Source: Podarcis erhardii (lineage: Eukaryota). Taken from it: a DNA stretch of 64,000 nt. Shown piece by piece: positions 47,701-61,606 of the stretch. Made by a program: the position numbers and the translations under genes. Numbering within the stretch: position 1 is the stretch's first letter; each line of letters begins with the position of its first letter. The notes beneath the pieces were generated by a model. It was not told the origin of the DNA and did not search any database. It saw nothing but the letters and a program-made list of their open reading frames with translations. The stretch is from assembly GCA_964252035.1 (NCBI GenBank), contig OZ176205.1; one strand, given 5' to 3'.

Positions 47701-48150
47701 AACAGTGCTTATGTTCACACTGCCCATTGTAATAAGTCTTTAATAAGTCTTTTAAGAATGGATGTTAATGTTTTTGTTACTATGCAGTGCATTTTTGTGT
47801 TTTTATTTTGTAAACTGCCCTATGTGAATGGTGATATAGAAATTGAATAAACAATCAGTCAATCTCCAGGAAGTTTCCCCTGCTCCTACCTTTAGTGCAG
47901 CATCTATTATTTATCTCTTGAGTTTTGAATATGCTTCTCAGTTTGAGTCATGTAACATTATGGTGGCATGTGCAGTATAATATGACACTTTTGCTCATTA
48001 TTGAGAGATTCAAAATATTGCCTACAGTGAGATCCCTCACGTTATGCGTGCTGAAGAATGAGAGCCTGAAAGTGAAATCAGATTTGTGCTTGTGCCATGT
48101 GTGTGGTCTGTGTGTGAAAGTATCCTGATTATTTTGTTTTACACTCATTG

Positions 48151-48372
48151 GAGAACCACTGTGGTGTAATGGTTGGAGTGTTGGATTATGACCTGGGAGA
48201 CCAGAGTTCAAATCCCCACCCACTGGGGTAACCTTGGATCAGTCACTTTCTCTCAGCATACCCTACCTCACAAAGTTCTGAGGATAAAATGGAAAGGGAA
48301 CGAGCACGTACTGCACCTTGAGCTTTTTGGAGGAAAAGGTGGTATGTAAATGTAGTAAATAAAAATAAAATA
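48151..48372 (+). mobile_element. tRNA-derived CORE-type (MIR-like) SINE
   Basis: tRNA-like head gtggtgtaatggttggagtgttgga...gagttcaaatccc, core 'gtcactttctctcagcataccctacctcaca', A-rich tail. Confidence 0.65.
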
Positions 48373-48469
48373 AAGGAGTCTCTGCTTGTATCTTAAATAT
48401 TGTCAGCCCCATATGGTGATAACTTACTTTGCCTGTTGTTTTGTTGACATGCTGCATTGTTACATTTAG

Positions 48470-48496
48470 GACACTGAGGAGGGCAGTTGGGCACAG
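48470..48496 (+). CDS. PPFIA4: Exon V, 27-nt microexon (DTEEGSWAQ)
   Basis: acatttag| acceptor, CAG|gtgaga donor. Matches the (D/E)SEEGSWAQ segment between SAM1 and SAM2. Not visible in the ORF track. Confidence 0.93.
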
Positions 48497-49464
48497 GTGA
48501 GACTTGTATATTATCTTGCCTTTTTCCACTGTGCTTAGACACACAAAATTATGTGAATGGTCAGAACACATCAAAATTGATTCCACAATGACACTTACAA
48601 TCTGATTATATCACCTTGCTTTGGTTTTGTTGTGTTTCAATAAGCTGGGAAGACTTTTCTCAATGAAGACAGATGCAGAATGCTCTTAACCCTGATTACT
48701 AATGCTATACAGTTTTCTCCAAACAGAAAAAGTTTCCATAATATAAGAGAGCTCTCATTTCTTACCCCCTCACCTAGTTCCATTACAGCTATAGTTTTTC
48801 AAACCATACAGATCTACTCTATTGATTTACTGCTGTTTCCCACATTAATTTTAGTATTCCTTGTTCTCAGCCAGATTTGGAACACCTCTAAATTCCTATG
48901 CAAAGGGAGCAATTACCTGTGGCCTTTTGCTTCCTTACCAGATGTGTCCTCATTTTGCCAATAGAAGGCAGACATAATAAAATTCTGGCATGCATGACTA
49001 GACCATCACTGCTTCCTTTCTTTTCAAATGTTTCTTCCCAATCACTGGAAAGTCTGAAAGTAGATACAGGGTAGAGATAGATTCAAACCCTTCAGTGAGA
49101 ATGGCTGATCTTAACTGGCTTCAGTGGGAAGTATGTATAATAGAGCCCACTGCCCTAGGTCTTTAGACTTAATAGCAGGACCCAGAAGCCACTGCATCCA
49201 AATGAGCTTGTAAGGAAGGATCCCTGCACAGTACTTTGCAGCTTTGTTCCTTATATTTTGTGGTATATTTCTGCCAAAGGGGCTGAAAATGGAGCACAGA
49301 TTATGTATGTTTTATTCATGATTAAGGTTTTCAAGATATGCAATATTTAGGACACTGGTTGATCCACTTAACTTGCCAATGTGGTATCACCAACAATATG
49401 AGAATCTTTCATCTTTGTGATAATCATTATCACACACAATAGTGTATATATATATTATCAAGGC

Positions 49465-49608
49465 ATCATAGAATCATAGAACTGTAGAGTTGGAAGGGAC
49501 CCTGAGGATCATCTAGTCCAACCCCCTGCAATGCAGGAATATGCAGCTGGTCCATACAGGGATTGAACCTGCAACCTTGGCGTTATCAGCACCATGGTCT
49601 AACCAACT
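49465..49608 (-). mobile_element. tRNA-Ile-headed SINE with CR1-type tail (second copy, inverted relative to 40892)
   Basis: Reverse complement shares a perfect 41-nt block ATATTCCTGCATTGCAGGGGGTTGGACTAGATGATCCTCAG and the GTGCTGATAAC arm with the 40892 copy. Confidence 0.85.
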
Positions 49609-49754
49609 CAATAAACAATCAAGATCAATCCAAGACATGAGATTACTGTACCTTTATTAAATTATTCTAAATTACATTTCTGAGACTTCCCAATAGGATT
49701 CTGTTAATGCTTCTGCGGGACCTGCTCTTACATTCTTCTTCTTTACTTTCAAAG

Positions 49755-49930
49755 ACATTGGCTTATGGGGACATGAATCATGAGTGGATAGGGAATGAAT
49801 GGCTTCCTAGTCTGGGTCTCCCACAATATCGCAGCTATTTCATGGAGTGTCTTGTGGATGCACGAATGCTGGATCATCTGACTAAGAAAGATCTTCGAGT
49901 GCACCTTAAGATGGTGGACAGTTTCCACCG
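49755..49930 (+). CDS. PPFIA4: Exon W ([59 protein letters not shown]), SAM2, 176 nt
   Basis: ctttcaaag| acceptor (AAG type), CCG|gtaagc donor. Confidence 0.97.
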
Positions 49931-50155
49931 GTAAGCAAATTCTTGGAGGGTTATTGTTTCATTGCAGGAAACTAGAATTTCTTGCAACCAATTTAAGAGT
50001 TGTTTAATGTGCTCATTTCCCGCCCCGCCCCCATCTGAATTTATCTCACCTAAAGTCCTTCATTCAGTTTATTCTTTTGGAGTGAAGCACACTGATGAAG
50101 TTGAGGTTGATTTGTGTGTTTACTATATGTATTAGAAATTGCATGTTATAATATA

Positions 50156-50266
50156 CTCGAAGCTACAAACATGAATCTGACCAAACTGCGGGAGGCAGTG
50201 GAAGACAGGCGTGCCTGGCGTGCTCTGGTCCATGGGGTCACAAAGAGTCGGACACGACTAAATGAC

Positions 50267-50298
<32 letters not shown>
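50156..50298 (+). mobile_element. Bov-B LINE 3' end with long (CAA)n tail
   Basis: ctcgaagctacaaacatgaatctgaccaaactgcgggaggcagtggaagacagg...gagtcggacacgactaaa followed by ~10 CAA units. No clear TSD. Confidence 0.85.
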
Positions 50299-50299
<1 letters not shown>

Positions 50300-50778
50300 T
50301 ACTTAAAGCAGAAGAGGAGATGAGTGCAGTGGTTATCATTTGCAATGAAACTACAGTATATTGCTATGCATATTTGCCACAGACTTAAAAAACAGCAACA
50401 AAACCTTTGGAAATAGATGTGAAGAGTTTCCCCTGTTAGCATAAGTAATTGGGGGGGGGGGAGAGAAACACATTTTGGGTTGTGTGGTTTATACAGCAAT
50501 CTGAGATGGTTACATTGCATTCTCAAGTCTTATTTGTGTGGAATTAGATGGCACAGTTAGGATTACCCCTGCTGAATAGTCCAGAGCACTGTCTTAGGCT
50601 TCCTTTTAGTTCTTAGGATTTGTGGTTGCCACCCTCCTTAAACCTTTCAGGCTTTTGGAAATCTGCAACACTCACACAGAAGGAGCTACTCTCTTCTTTG
50701 CCTGTCTATGCCTGTCTATGCTCTTAATAGTGCCAGATGCTTTGGGGCTTTCCCTGCAGCTGCTTCTTTACCCCCTCC

Positions 50779-50826
50779 CTCCTTCCTTCCTTCCTTCCTT
50801 CCTTCCTTCCTTCCTTCCTTCCTTCC
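50779..50826. repeat. (CCTT)n tetranucleotide microsatellite followed by a poly-C run
   Basis: Direct reading; explains the PSFL-repeat ORFs in the track. Confidence 0.95.
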
Positions 50827-51034
50827 TCCCCCCCCCCCTCAATTCCACACCTCTCCCTCAACAGTTGTTTACCACTGGTTGAGCCTTCAAGGACTCACAG
50901 AAGCATGGCACAAGTGTTGCAACCTCCTCACAGTGTGTTATAATTGCTGCAATTAAATATAATAAATGATGTTTCAAAGAGTAAGATTTTGGTTTGAAAT
51001 TCATTGAAGTAAGTGCTGTATTAATTCATTGCAG

Positions 51035-51132
51035 CACAAGCCTGCAGTATGGTATCATGTGCCTGAAAAGACTAAACTATGATAGAAAAGAGCTGGAGAG
51101 GAGGCGGGAGGAAAGTCAGCATGAAATCAAAG
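51035..51132 (+). CDS. PPFIA4: Exon X ([33 protein letters not shown]), 98 nt
   Basis: cattgcag| acceptor, AAG|gtaggt donor. Confidence 0.97.
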
Positions 51133-51749
51133 GTAGGTAACAATGAAGAGAACTGCTTGTGGCAGGCTTCAAAGGAACAAGACAATGAGACTGAGCTCTT
51201 GATGTCATTTTGCTTTCCCCTTCTTGAGCCATCATCAGTGCTGTTTTACAAACTCAACATTTGTCAGTTGCAGGGGAAGCTGGCATCTCTTCTACTTCTA
51301 TTACTTCTAGAGGCTTTTCAGCCACTGAAAAACTTTGTCAGATAGTATGATGAACAAATGCACCTGCATTTGTTCATTATAGTTTTCTGTGGATTTATCT
51401 TCATTGGTTGACTCTTGTTTACTATGTGGTTGGGGCACTAGCCTTCTATGTTCTGCATTTTAATTTTGTCCTCCTGGGATTTCTTCCTTCAATGCTAGAG
51501 CTCTGACCATTCTGTTTTTGGTGTATGATAATGTGAACAAATGAGATTGCCGCACTTTGGGCAATGTGACTGATAGGTGCAAGCTTAGGAAAATGCTATA
51601 ACCTGTCTGTTTTTAATCTTGTGGCTTCCATTGCAAACTTTAAACAATATATCAGTCATTGTGCTTTTTTCTATTTTTTCTTAACCAACTTATGTGGACT
51701 TAAATATTGTTGTGTTTTGTCCTGAATGTATGGCTTCACTTCCTTCTAG

Positions 51750-51925
51750 ATGTGTTGGTTTGGACCAATGATCAAGTAATTCACTGGATTCAGTCTATTG
51801 GGCTTAGAGAGTATGCAAACAATATTGTTGAGAGTGGAGTCCATGGAGCCCTCATAGCATTGGATGAAAATTTTGATTATAATAGTCTGGCACTTGTGTT
51901 ACAAATACCCACTCAGAATACTCAG
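51750..51925 (+). CDS. PPFIA4: Exon Y ([24 protein letters not shown]...LQIPTQNTQ), SAM3, 176 nt
   Basis: ccttctag| acceptor, CAG|gtagga donor. Confidence 0.97.
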
Positions 51926-52657
51926 GTAGGAAACTGATGTTTTTAGGATGACCATTATATGTTTCTATTTGAAGAGATCTGAGTTGGATGTGTTTTTATT
52001 AGTGGCAGCTGGCATCTCCCCAAAATAAGGAGTCTACAAGCTTTCCTGCTAAGTTACTTCCCCTACGTGCCTCATTAGGTTGATTCTCTCCAACACTGTT
52101 CCTACTGACTTCACCTATGGAAGACCCTGGCCACCCAGCTTATTGGCCAGGCAGAATGACATAGTGCTGTTGTCTTCATTCCCTGTTTATAAGCTTCCTA
52201 AAGGCATTTGTCTGGGCACTGTTAAAAACAAATTTCTGAACTAGATGGAGACAAGTGATTTGTTCTAGGCCACAAACTAAGTTACAGAGCTGGGATTGAA
52301 GTAGCAAACATCAACCACTTGTTTGGCCCTACAATTGTGCAGCAGCACAACATCTATTTCAACATCTATTTCACTGAAGGCAAACTAGTGAAGCTGAGAA
52401 ATGAATGACTTGTCCCAAAGTGCATACTGCATACAAGGCAGAAAGTCTACCTAGTCCACCATCCCTTTTCCCACAGTGGTTAACCAGCTGCTTTGGGAAG
52501 AATACAAACAGGACATAAAGGCAATAGCCCTTTCCATGGAGAGAAAGCAACTTTCAAGAAATATTTCACTTACTGTGACTGGAAATTTGGCAGCACTGTT
52601 AGTGTTGTTTTTCTTTTGATAGACAACTATTATTGGCTTATCTAATGCTTTTTGCAG

Positions 52658-52726
52658 GCACGACAAGTGATGGAGAGAGAATTCAACAATCTGCTTGCCT
52701 TGGGCACTGATAGGAGGCTTGACGAT
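52658..52726 (+). CDS. PPFIA4: Exon Z ([23 protein letters not shown]), 69 nt
   Basis: ttttgcag| acceptor, GAT|gtgagt donor. Confidence 0.97.
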
Positions 52727-55700
52727 GTGAGTACAAAGTACTATCCTCTGACTAAAACATGCTGGGAATTTGAGAAATTTTGGGCCCATACTGTTGGCTA
52801 AGAAACTGATGAAGCAGGAGAAGTGTTGCAAATAGAACTGGCAGTGCAGTTATCTTCCATGAAGGAACATTGTAAGGGCTGAAATTCTGTTCATGAAGAG
52901 AGCAAGTGGATTTGGTAAGCCAGAGAGATTTCAACTTGCAGACAGGTATAGGATCCTCTGTTATGAAATTGTCTGCTGTGAGAAGAGCTGGAACCCAGGC
53001 GGCCTTCTCACTTCTTATGTGAGAAATGATTGGTGTTAGTAGAGCCTATGCTGTTTACTTTTTTTTTTGTAAATCTGCAAGGAAATTTTGCTTGCCATTC
53101 ATTTGTGCATTGGCTCCAAGAAACCTGCTCTTCTTTCCTTTAGGAAGTGTAATACCATCCCACATGAATGTTCCTATTTTAATTTACCATAAACCATTTT
53201 CAGTTGAATAGGACTATAAACTAAAATCTGAGCAGTAACATGGTTGCATACATTTTAAATTCATTCTACTAGTCAAAATGGTGTAAGTATGTTGATAGAC
53301 AAAAGCTCAGCCTGTGGACTATCTGAAATCTACTCCCTTAAGTAGTAGGAATCATGTTTTCATACTGCTCTGGACAAAGCTCTGAAGACCAGTGATGTTG
53401 AAAACACTCCTACCTTCAGCTGGGACCTCCTAGCCCTCCTTTGTCCTAACTTCTTGTGAACCAAACCCCATGAGGCGAGGAGCTGCTCTCCCTGTCAACA
53501 GCATGATCTCGTACTATTGTAACAGAAGTGAGTTTACACAGGCACACTGCTCTGTGGAGTACAACCTTTTTGTATGCTTTGTGAATCACTGTCACACTGC
53601 TTGGTGTACCAAAGTTATCTGTATTGGTCAGTCAATAAATTATAAACACTGGACTGGAAATATATTGAAGGGTTTCTTTAAACTTGGGGATCTGGGAACA
53701 TCTTGATGTAGTTGCCAGTTCTGGCTGAGCCTTTTAAATAATCATTATGAGATCATATCAACACACATCTTGCAGACATAGTTGAGGGAGGGATATGGGA
53801 GGGAGGATGGAGTATCTTCTGGAATGCTTAGTGCAACAATAGAAGACACTAATTGTTCCCTCAGTGATCCTAGCGCAAAGCTATAGGTGACAGTAGCACA
53901 TCCCAACACAGGTCATGCAAAATTCTTCTAAAGCAAAGGGCAGTAGGGGGAGTTTTAAAGTGCAGCATGGGGAGGCAGGAGGGAGAGCCAAACACTTACT
54001 TGCCCTCCCCTCACATCTTCTCCCCAGCAGTTTTTCTACCAAGAGGAGTTACTTTTGGCCGGAAATTAGCTATTTCATGGGGAAAGCGTGAGTAGTGCAC
54101 AGGTATCCTTCTTACGGAACTTGGGTTGATTGCAGCTGCTAGTTGAGTATAAGCCTGAGGGTTTTCCTCAGTGTAATGCATGAAATGATCCATTCATGAG
54201 AAGAAACTCTGAAGTGAAGCATTATTCAAGGACAAGGGCAAGGTATGGATATCGCCAGCAATCTGTTGCATTTTCAGGAAGGGAATGTATCAAGTGAAAA
54301 GAACTGGCACACACCTGAGCATTGCATGTGCATTACCTCACTGGAATGTTGGCTGTATAGGAATACTATTATAGATAAAGAAACAAACATACAAACATCT
54401 GGGGACCCAAGGTTGAAGACCACCGGTTTAGATGATGAATATTACCACCTAAAATTTCAAAGTGGAATAGAAATTATTCAAATGGTTCCCCAAAGCTGAA
54501 AACTCTATTTTCTGTTCAAGAAGAAAAATCTGGTATATATACGTACTGGTTACCTAGTATTATGTCAACCTGTTTCTCTTGATGGTGCATCCTTATTATC
54601 CATAACTGCATTCGGCTGCTTTAGGATAAAATCTGAGGTACGCTCAGTTATCTGTATGTGAGTTAGGCAATATATCCTTTTGTGACTTAGTCCTCATAAA
54701 AAGCAGTAGCACTAGTTGCAGTGTACCACTTTCTGCATGGGCTGAATATTCTGGAGTACTTTGGAGTTATTTTTCAAGTGGTTCTGTTATTCCATTTCAA
54801 CATTTACACTCATAAGATTTTGCAACCTATTCTACTTTCTTATGTAGAGTCATCTTGACACTAAGATTATCACATAGACTATCCATAAAACATGCCCTGA
54901 GGAATATATATGTGTTGCTGATACTTCTAAAGTACTCATAATGTGCAAATTGTGGGTCAAAAATAAAAACTCTTGTGAGGATCCACTCATTCTAAATGGG
55001 TGATCCACTGTTTACAGAGTGAAGAAATACCAGTGGCTTAATCTTTAAAGCAACATTTTTCTACAGAGAGATAATCTCTGTGCAGGTAATATTTACACCA
55101 TGTACACCACAATTTTGGAAGGCAATAGCTTTATTTTGTCACAGTTACTCATGATGGAAACTGGTGTACAGATCAGATTCAATGTTCATGTAACTGAAGC
55201 AAAATTGAGTACTGTGCCACTTTCAGACATCATTACTATACACACTTTTATTTTCAACAAAGTGTCAGTTTTGAAGGCAGAAAATCCAAACTTCCTCTAG
55301 TGGGTAGATGTATAATAAACTATATCATCAAGAATTTACAACCATTTAATGAAATTGCACAATCTACTACCTGAGGTTGGGTACAGCCTAATGGTAAGGC
55401 AGGTGATGTTAAGCAGATCATAAAGTAAGAAGCAACATTCTCTAGGAGAAGAGAGGACACATAGGATGGTATGTTCAGCTTTCCACAATATAGGGAAGGT
55501 TCTGTCAATCAGATGCAATGGATTCTGTACCTTCAAATCTTTGGAGATGGAGGAAGTTTCTAAGTGATATACAGGTAAGCACACAGATCTCTGTGAGCTT
55601 CAGTACTGGTAAGTATGTTGCAAATAACTGTATAGAGACCCATAATCTCCACTTCAGAAATGAAATCAAATAATCTGGCTATCACAGCATAACTAATACA

Positions 55701-56179
55701 CTTTAGCCCAGAATAAGAGCATGTGCTTTGTATGCAATATTTGTAGCCCAGCCCGAATTTTGCAATTGGGAGGAATTCAATATCACAGTATTTTTTTACG
55801 AACTTTCTGTCTATGCAAGCGTTTCAGTTTGCCAGATGGAACAATAGCCCCTCCCCTCCCATGCTGTTTCAGAGGTTCTCTTGACTGCCCTCCAGAACCA
55901 ATTTTGGGGGGACTATGGAGGGAAAGCCTCTTGTACATGGTTAGGTGAACTCCACCCATTACCTTTTTGGCCCCAGAAGGAAGTTTAAAAAAATAAAAAA
56001 TAAAAAAAATAAAATCCCAGGCTTTTAAATGTATTGTTAGTTTAGTATGCTGTCACTTTGATCTATCTTGCATTTTATCTCATTTTTGTCATTGAGCATC
56101 ATTGCTGAAGGGTGGTGTATAAACCAACAAGCCTTCCCCGAGTGTCTCAGGCAGCATATATGGGAATTATCCCACTTTA

Positions 56180-56310
56180 TCTCTTTGCACTGGATTAGAC
56201 AGAGAATGTGTGACTGGTTCAAAGTTACTCTGTGGTTTTCACGGCTGAGCTGGAATTTGAACCCAGGTCTGACCACATCACATCCAACATTCAGTCCTCT
56301 GTGCTACAAT
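56180..56310 (-). mobile_element. Degraded MIR-like SINE (approximate bounds)
   Basis: 'gtgtgactggttcaaagttactc...gctgagctggaatttgaacccaggtct' is the reverse of a CORE-SINE head/core. Confidence 0.5.
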
Positions 56311-56379
56311 GGGAATGGGCTAGAGGGGAGAGATCCCCCAGATACTCTGATCTCTCATATACCCAATTTCTACTGAGGT

Positions 56380-57350
56380 GAAGTGATAGTTACAGGCCAA
56401 AGGCCAGGTTATAGAGGAAAGGTTTTGCCTGGCACTTAAAGATAGATAATGATGGTGCCAGGTGAGCCTCCATGAGGAAAGCATTCCACAAATGAAGAAC
56501 CACAGAAAAAGCCCATTTTTGTGTTGCCACCCTCTGGACCTCTGGTGGAGGTGGCACATGAAGATCATGATCACAGGGTTCCCGTCAGTTCATATTCAAC
56601 AAGGTTTATAGGCCATTCAATTAAACATTAAATAAATCTCTCAGAGGTTTGCATCAAATAGTATAAAATACTCATAAGAAACTGCTGAAAATATCAGCAG
56701 ACTTTAAAAACAAGTAGACATAATAAAATGATCAAACTATATAAATAAGATCTGAGTTCACATAATGAAAATACATGCTTGGGTAGGCTTTCCTAAAGAA
56801 AAAAGATTTTAGCTTGTCTTGAAAACAGTATCACTGAGTTGCTTGCCTGATATTAATAAGCAGTCAGTTTCGGAGCTTAGGTACTGCCTCAGTAAAAGAC
56901 TAATTCATCTCAAGTGTGGAACAGACATTATATAGCACATATAAATGTTGGGTGGTCAAATGGGCACAACTGGGGTAAGGCGATCCTTCAAGCAAACTGG
57001 TCCTAAGCTGTTGGCAGCTTGATATATTGCCAGTAATATCTTGAATTTGTTCTGCTAACAAATAGGCAGCCAGTGCAGATCTTTGACCAGGGTTATAATA
57101 TACTGATAAGGTCTCCTGTCAGTAATCATGATGCAATGTTCTTTGCTAACTGTGGCTTCCAAATTCCGGGACAAAGGAAGCCCCATGTAGAGTGCATTGC
57201 AGTCATCCAGTCTTGAAATTACCAGTGCCTGGACAAATGTGGTCAAGCTATCCCAGTCCAGCAATGGCAACAGCTGTTGTACCAGCTGGAGCTGATAAAA
57301 GGTGCACTGAGGCTGCCTACGCCTCTAGTGACAAAGCTTAGATCCCTATT
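56380..57350 (-). mobile_element. Old degraded L2 fragments (approximate bounds)
   Basis: ORF 57055-57270 contains QALVISRLDDCNALYMGLPL...LHWLP; decayed 3' pieces near 56420-56560. Confidence 0.6.
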
Positions 57351-60300
57351 AGACTACGTAGTTTCAGAGTACAACCCTCTCTACAGCAGGCAGTTGACTA
57401 ATTTCTCAGAAACCGGGACCACGTCCCCAGAGCGCCTTCATCTTTCTGGGACTCAAATTCAGTTTATTTTCTGCAGCTAGCCCACAGCAGCATTCAGGCA
57501 CAGAATCCCCTAATTCTGATATAAAGAAACTGTGCTTAGTATCATCAGCATACTGATAGCATCATGCTCCACATCGCCTCATCCTCTAGTATTAGAGCTA
57601 AAATAGTACCCTGCAGCACTCCTTAGCATAACTGCCTGGCGTCTAAAAAGGACTCTTCCAATGCTGGTCTTGTAGATAGTGCTGGAGCCATTGTAACACT
57701 GTGCCCCAATTCCCATCCCATAGAGCTGATCCTGTAGCATGTATATGAGCTACTTTGGAGGAATAAAACCCCTGCTCTAGCCCACTTAGCACACTGCTGT
57801 ATTGTGTTTCCTTCTCAAGGGCATACCTAGGAGACTCTGCTGGCACGGAATAGTTCTCTCTTTTGCAGCACTGGAGCTGCAGACTACTCTGCTCATCCAT
57901 AAAGGACTCTGCCTAGGCAGTAAATGCCCCTCATCTGTCTTCAAAATCTAGTTACCAACCTTGTGGCTTCCTAAGGCACTAATACTTCTCTCCCCAACTC
58001 TTGACTGAACTGTCTGTCTGGGGAGAAGAAATGTATTCTGTACCTTGAGGGGCATTTATTAATCTACTTAAGGGATGGGCAAACTTTTTTCTGTCAGAAG
58101 CTGCATTCACGTGGGAATAATTTGGGGGGACTGCATGCTGACTCTCTGGGCAGGGATAAAGCCAGTGATGAGTGAGACCAGAGCCAAAAGTGGACAAGGC
58201 CACCCTTTTTCTCTTTTTCTGACACACACTCCTCTCTCCCCTTTCTACTCAGTAGGCTGCTGGGGAGAGACAGATCACACTTTCCAGAGGCCTGAACAAG
58301 TCACTTGCACAGGGCTTTTGAAACTAGGCCTATGATTGCCCACTTCTGATCTACTTCAAGGTTTTTAAGGTGTAGAACATGAGTTCTACCATATTCAAAG
58401 CTAAGGACCCATAATTTAAAGGAATAATTTAGTGAAGGAGTGGGCATTGCATTTTGTTTGGTCAAGCCACCCAGAAAGCTGTTCTGCTGTTGGCATTTTG
58501 AATACAGCTGAAAAAAATGAGCATGGAAGTTTTGAAGGGAGTATGGCAATGCCATATACAGAGTTTGGTTTAAAGTTTTTAAGTGTTTTTAAATGTTTAA
58601 GTAGCTAGAGAGAGTACATTACGGGGACTTCCTCCCTTTTGGAAGAGAGAGTGAATGTATCTCGCGTAATATTGCATCTCATAGTACTAGTCCATCCCAT
58701 AATAACAACCAATTTTGTGGTATTTTCAACTGGAGATGCATTTAAATTTTAAAACATTTATTCTAAGGCAGCTAACTAAAAAGAGAATACACACACAGTA
58801 AAAAAAGTTACAAATACAATGAAAACATGGAATGCATTGTTAATAAAAAGAAAAGCAGCCAATGATGAGCTGGTAAAACCATAAGAATAACCACTGAATT
58901 CGTAAAGCAGGTTTCATTTAAGCCACTAAAGATATAAGAAAGAAGGCTTTCACACTGCGGTGGAAGGCCATCAAAGAAGCAACGAGGCAGGGAGTGTCAG
59001 AGCCCAGACTCAGCCACCCAAAAAGTCCGCTCCCTCCTCACAGAGAGCAGAAGGGCCTCTGTTGATGATCATAATACTCGAGGACGCTTATATTGGGAAA
59101 GGCAGGTCTTTGATTTTCAGCAAATAAAGAACGATAAGGAAATGGTAATTTTGCTCTGAACTTGTGAAGACCCTGGCCTGTATTTATTTATTTAAGCTAT
59201 TATATACTTGGCTTTTCTGGCCAAGTTTCCCAACGCTACTTACAGCAATAGAATAGAATATTAAAAATCAAATAAAACACTAAGAATACCCAATAGCTTT
59301 AAGAACCAACAGAAGGCAATAAAAATAGAGTTAATCGTTGAATGCCTTCTAGAATAAACATGTTCTTGTGCCTTAAAAAATGGGAACACCTCTGATCTCT
59401 CTAGAGGGAGAATTCCACAGGTGTGGCATCACCATTGGTATTCAGCAGTCAGAAATTGGCTAGTGACAGGCCAGAGAGAATAGCTCTGGATGCTGAACTG
59501 TGAAACCTGTAAAATTTATGTGAGTGAATATTGGTCATAATTGCTAAGATTTCACCAGCTTAACATTATTGGCTTCTTTTGTAAAAATGCATTTTGGGAG
59601 CCATCAATGCAAACATGGAACTAGTGTCATGTGCTTGGAGTCTAGAGAGGCTAGCGGTCTGTTTCCTAGACTCTAAATGATTTTAGAAATGGACTAATTC
59701 AAAGCCCAGTTACTGGCCCCATCCCATTAGGATGAAGAGATTTTTAGAATTTTTTTTCCATTTTGTGTACTGCGTTCCAATTGCTTTGATTGCCTTAAAA
59801 ATGAATATATCTCTTTTAATGAGGTGTTTTAATTTTACCTCTGAATTTGAATCTTCAGCAGCTATCTATGTGCTTAAACAACCTATTTACCATTAGCAAT
59901 ATGCAATATTTTTGTTTTAGAGGTCACAATGAGGAAACTTCAAAAGGAAGAAAATAAGGGCCTATGAGGAATGGTGACACTGGGCAATCTTCTTTGGGTT
60001 ATCACACTCTGAAATCATCTTTTGTGATGAATTTTTAAAATTTTAAGAGGGAAACATCTGAGGGTTCAAGGCAAGGAGGCTGGCTTTAGAAAACTCAAGG
60101 CAAACATTTTTAAAAAACTGATACTGAATCAGAAATTTTGACACCGGATTAGAAAGTACTTAAGAAAGGGATTTGGTCATTTCAAGTAAACAACATCTAC
60201 TGTTGTTATTCTGGCAAGTCAACTCTTATTTCTACTTGAAGCAAATTGAAGTAAATTTGAATTCTTTCACATTTCTGTTAATCGCCATCAGCATCTCAGT

Positions 60301-61428
60301 ATTTGTCAGTGAGTATAAAGAATAAAGCCCCCAAGGGCTTCTTATTAATTTTCCATAACTGTTCTGCTTAAGTTTCCTTGTATCTGAGATAGAATTATCA
60401 CTTGACCAAGACAAATGCTGGTTTAAAGCACTCTTGGTATATTGTTATCTTCATTATCCCACTTTGTAGGATGGCCAAATTTCTAGATTGTTTCCATAGG
60501 GAAAGAGAGACAATTTCTGAAAAGTATGTGACTCAGTTAGAAAATTAGAATATAATCCTTGAGAGATTTCTTACTGAATGTTGAGGTTTTTGTACTATTT
60601 GACTCCATAAAAAGGAGATTGAAGGCCCATTCACAATTTTATTGAGCTGATTTGTGCTGTGTTCAGCATGAAATATAGATTATTTCATCCAAATTCTAGC
60701 TTGCAACTGAATCCAAATTTATTACAATACCACATTTTAACTCACTTTCAAAATCTTTGCATCAGTGTAGTCTATGTGAGTTGAGGTGGATATATAATGA
60801 AGCAATCACACAACCTACTTTATCAACATGCCTATTTGGTAATGAAGATTCAGCCAGTGGACAAAATGTAGAAGAAACATGGGTTTCGTCATGGCGCACT
60901 GAGCAAATTAAGAACAGATATACACCAGTATGTGGAAGACTAATTGCAGGAAACAAAATGTGCACTGTGGAGTCTTGTCTTAAAGTTTCAGGGGAGGCCA
61001 GTTTGATGCCAGGGTGCTCACTGATAGCACAGAAGTTGTGTGCCAAAGAGCAGGATCATGGCAAAATGGGTAATCCAGTCAGAGTCTATTCTGCTTGTTC
61101 CCAGCCAGAAAAGCAGGACAGAGCAAAAGGCAGCTTGTCAGTACCTTGGACAGCTCACAGTGGCCAGTGCTGCTAGCTAAGATTCAGAGAGATGTTGCCT
61201 CAGAGGCATGCCCCAAACCCAGGAAAACTAGCTGGCCTGAACCAGCCCAACACCCTTCAATGAATTCTCTGTCAATGTTTTTCAGAATTTGCCGATCTTC
61301 CTGTAGCATAAAGAGACCTGCACAAGTCTTTTCCTTTCCGCAAATGCCAGTACTTACTACTTCTCCCTGAGGAAGGCCTACCTGATTGCTTTGCTTGGTA
61401 TGTGGTATAATCTTCTCTTTCCTTACAG

Positions 61429-61606
61429 GGTGATGACAAGACTTTTCGGCGAACTCCCTCCTGGCGAAAGCGCTTCCGCCCCCGAGACTTTCACAGCATC
61501 AGCATGCTCAGCGGATCAGCAGAGACGCTCCCAGCAGGGTTCCGAGTGACCTCCTTGGTGCCCCTTCCACCTCCTTCAGCACCACCGAAGAAAATGCCGC
61601 CAGAAG
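61429..61606 (+). CDS. PPFIA4: Exon AA (GDDKTFRRTPSWRKRFRPRD...SAETLPAGFRV...PKKMPPE), 178 nt, ends phase 1
   Basis: ccttacag| acceptor, AAG|gtaagg donor. Confidence 0.96.

Noticed and set aside
54103-54110. GTATCCTT, a U12-type donor motif
   Set aside because: It lies deep in an intron within degraded repeat-like sequence, with no adjacent exon or U12 branch site.
61575-61583. REST/RE1 half-sites TTCAGCACC (also 62791-62799)
   Set aside because: The right half-site GGACAG is absent in both, and the first is explained by codons.
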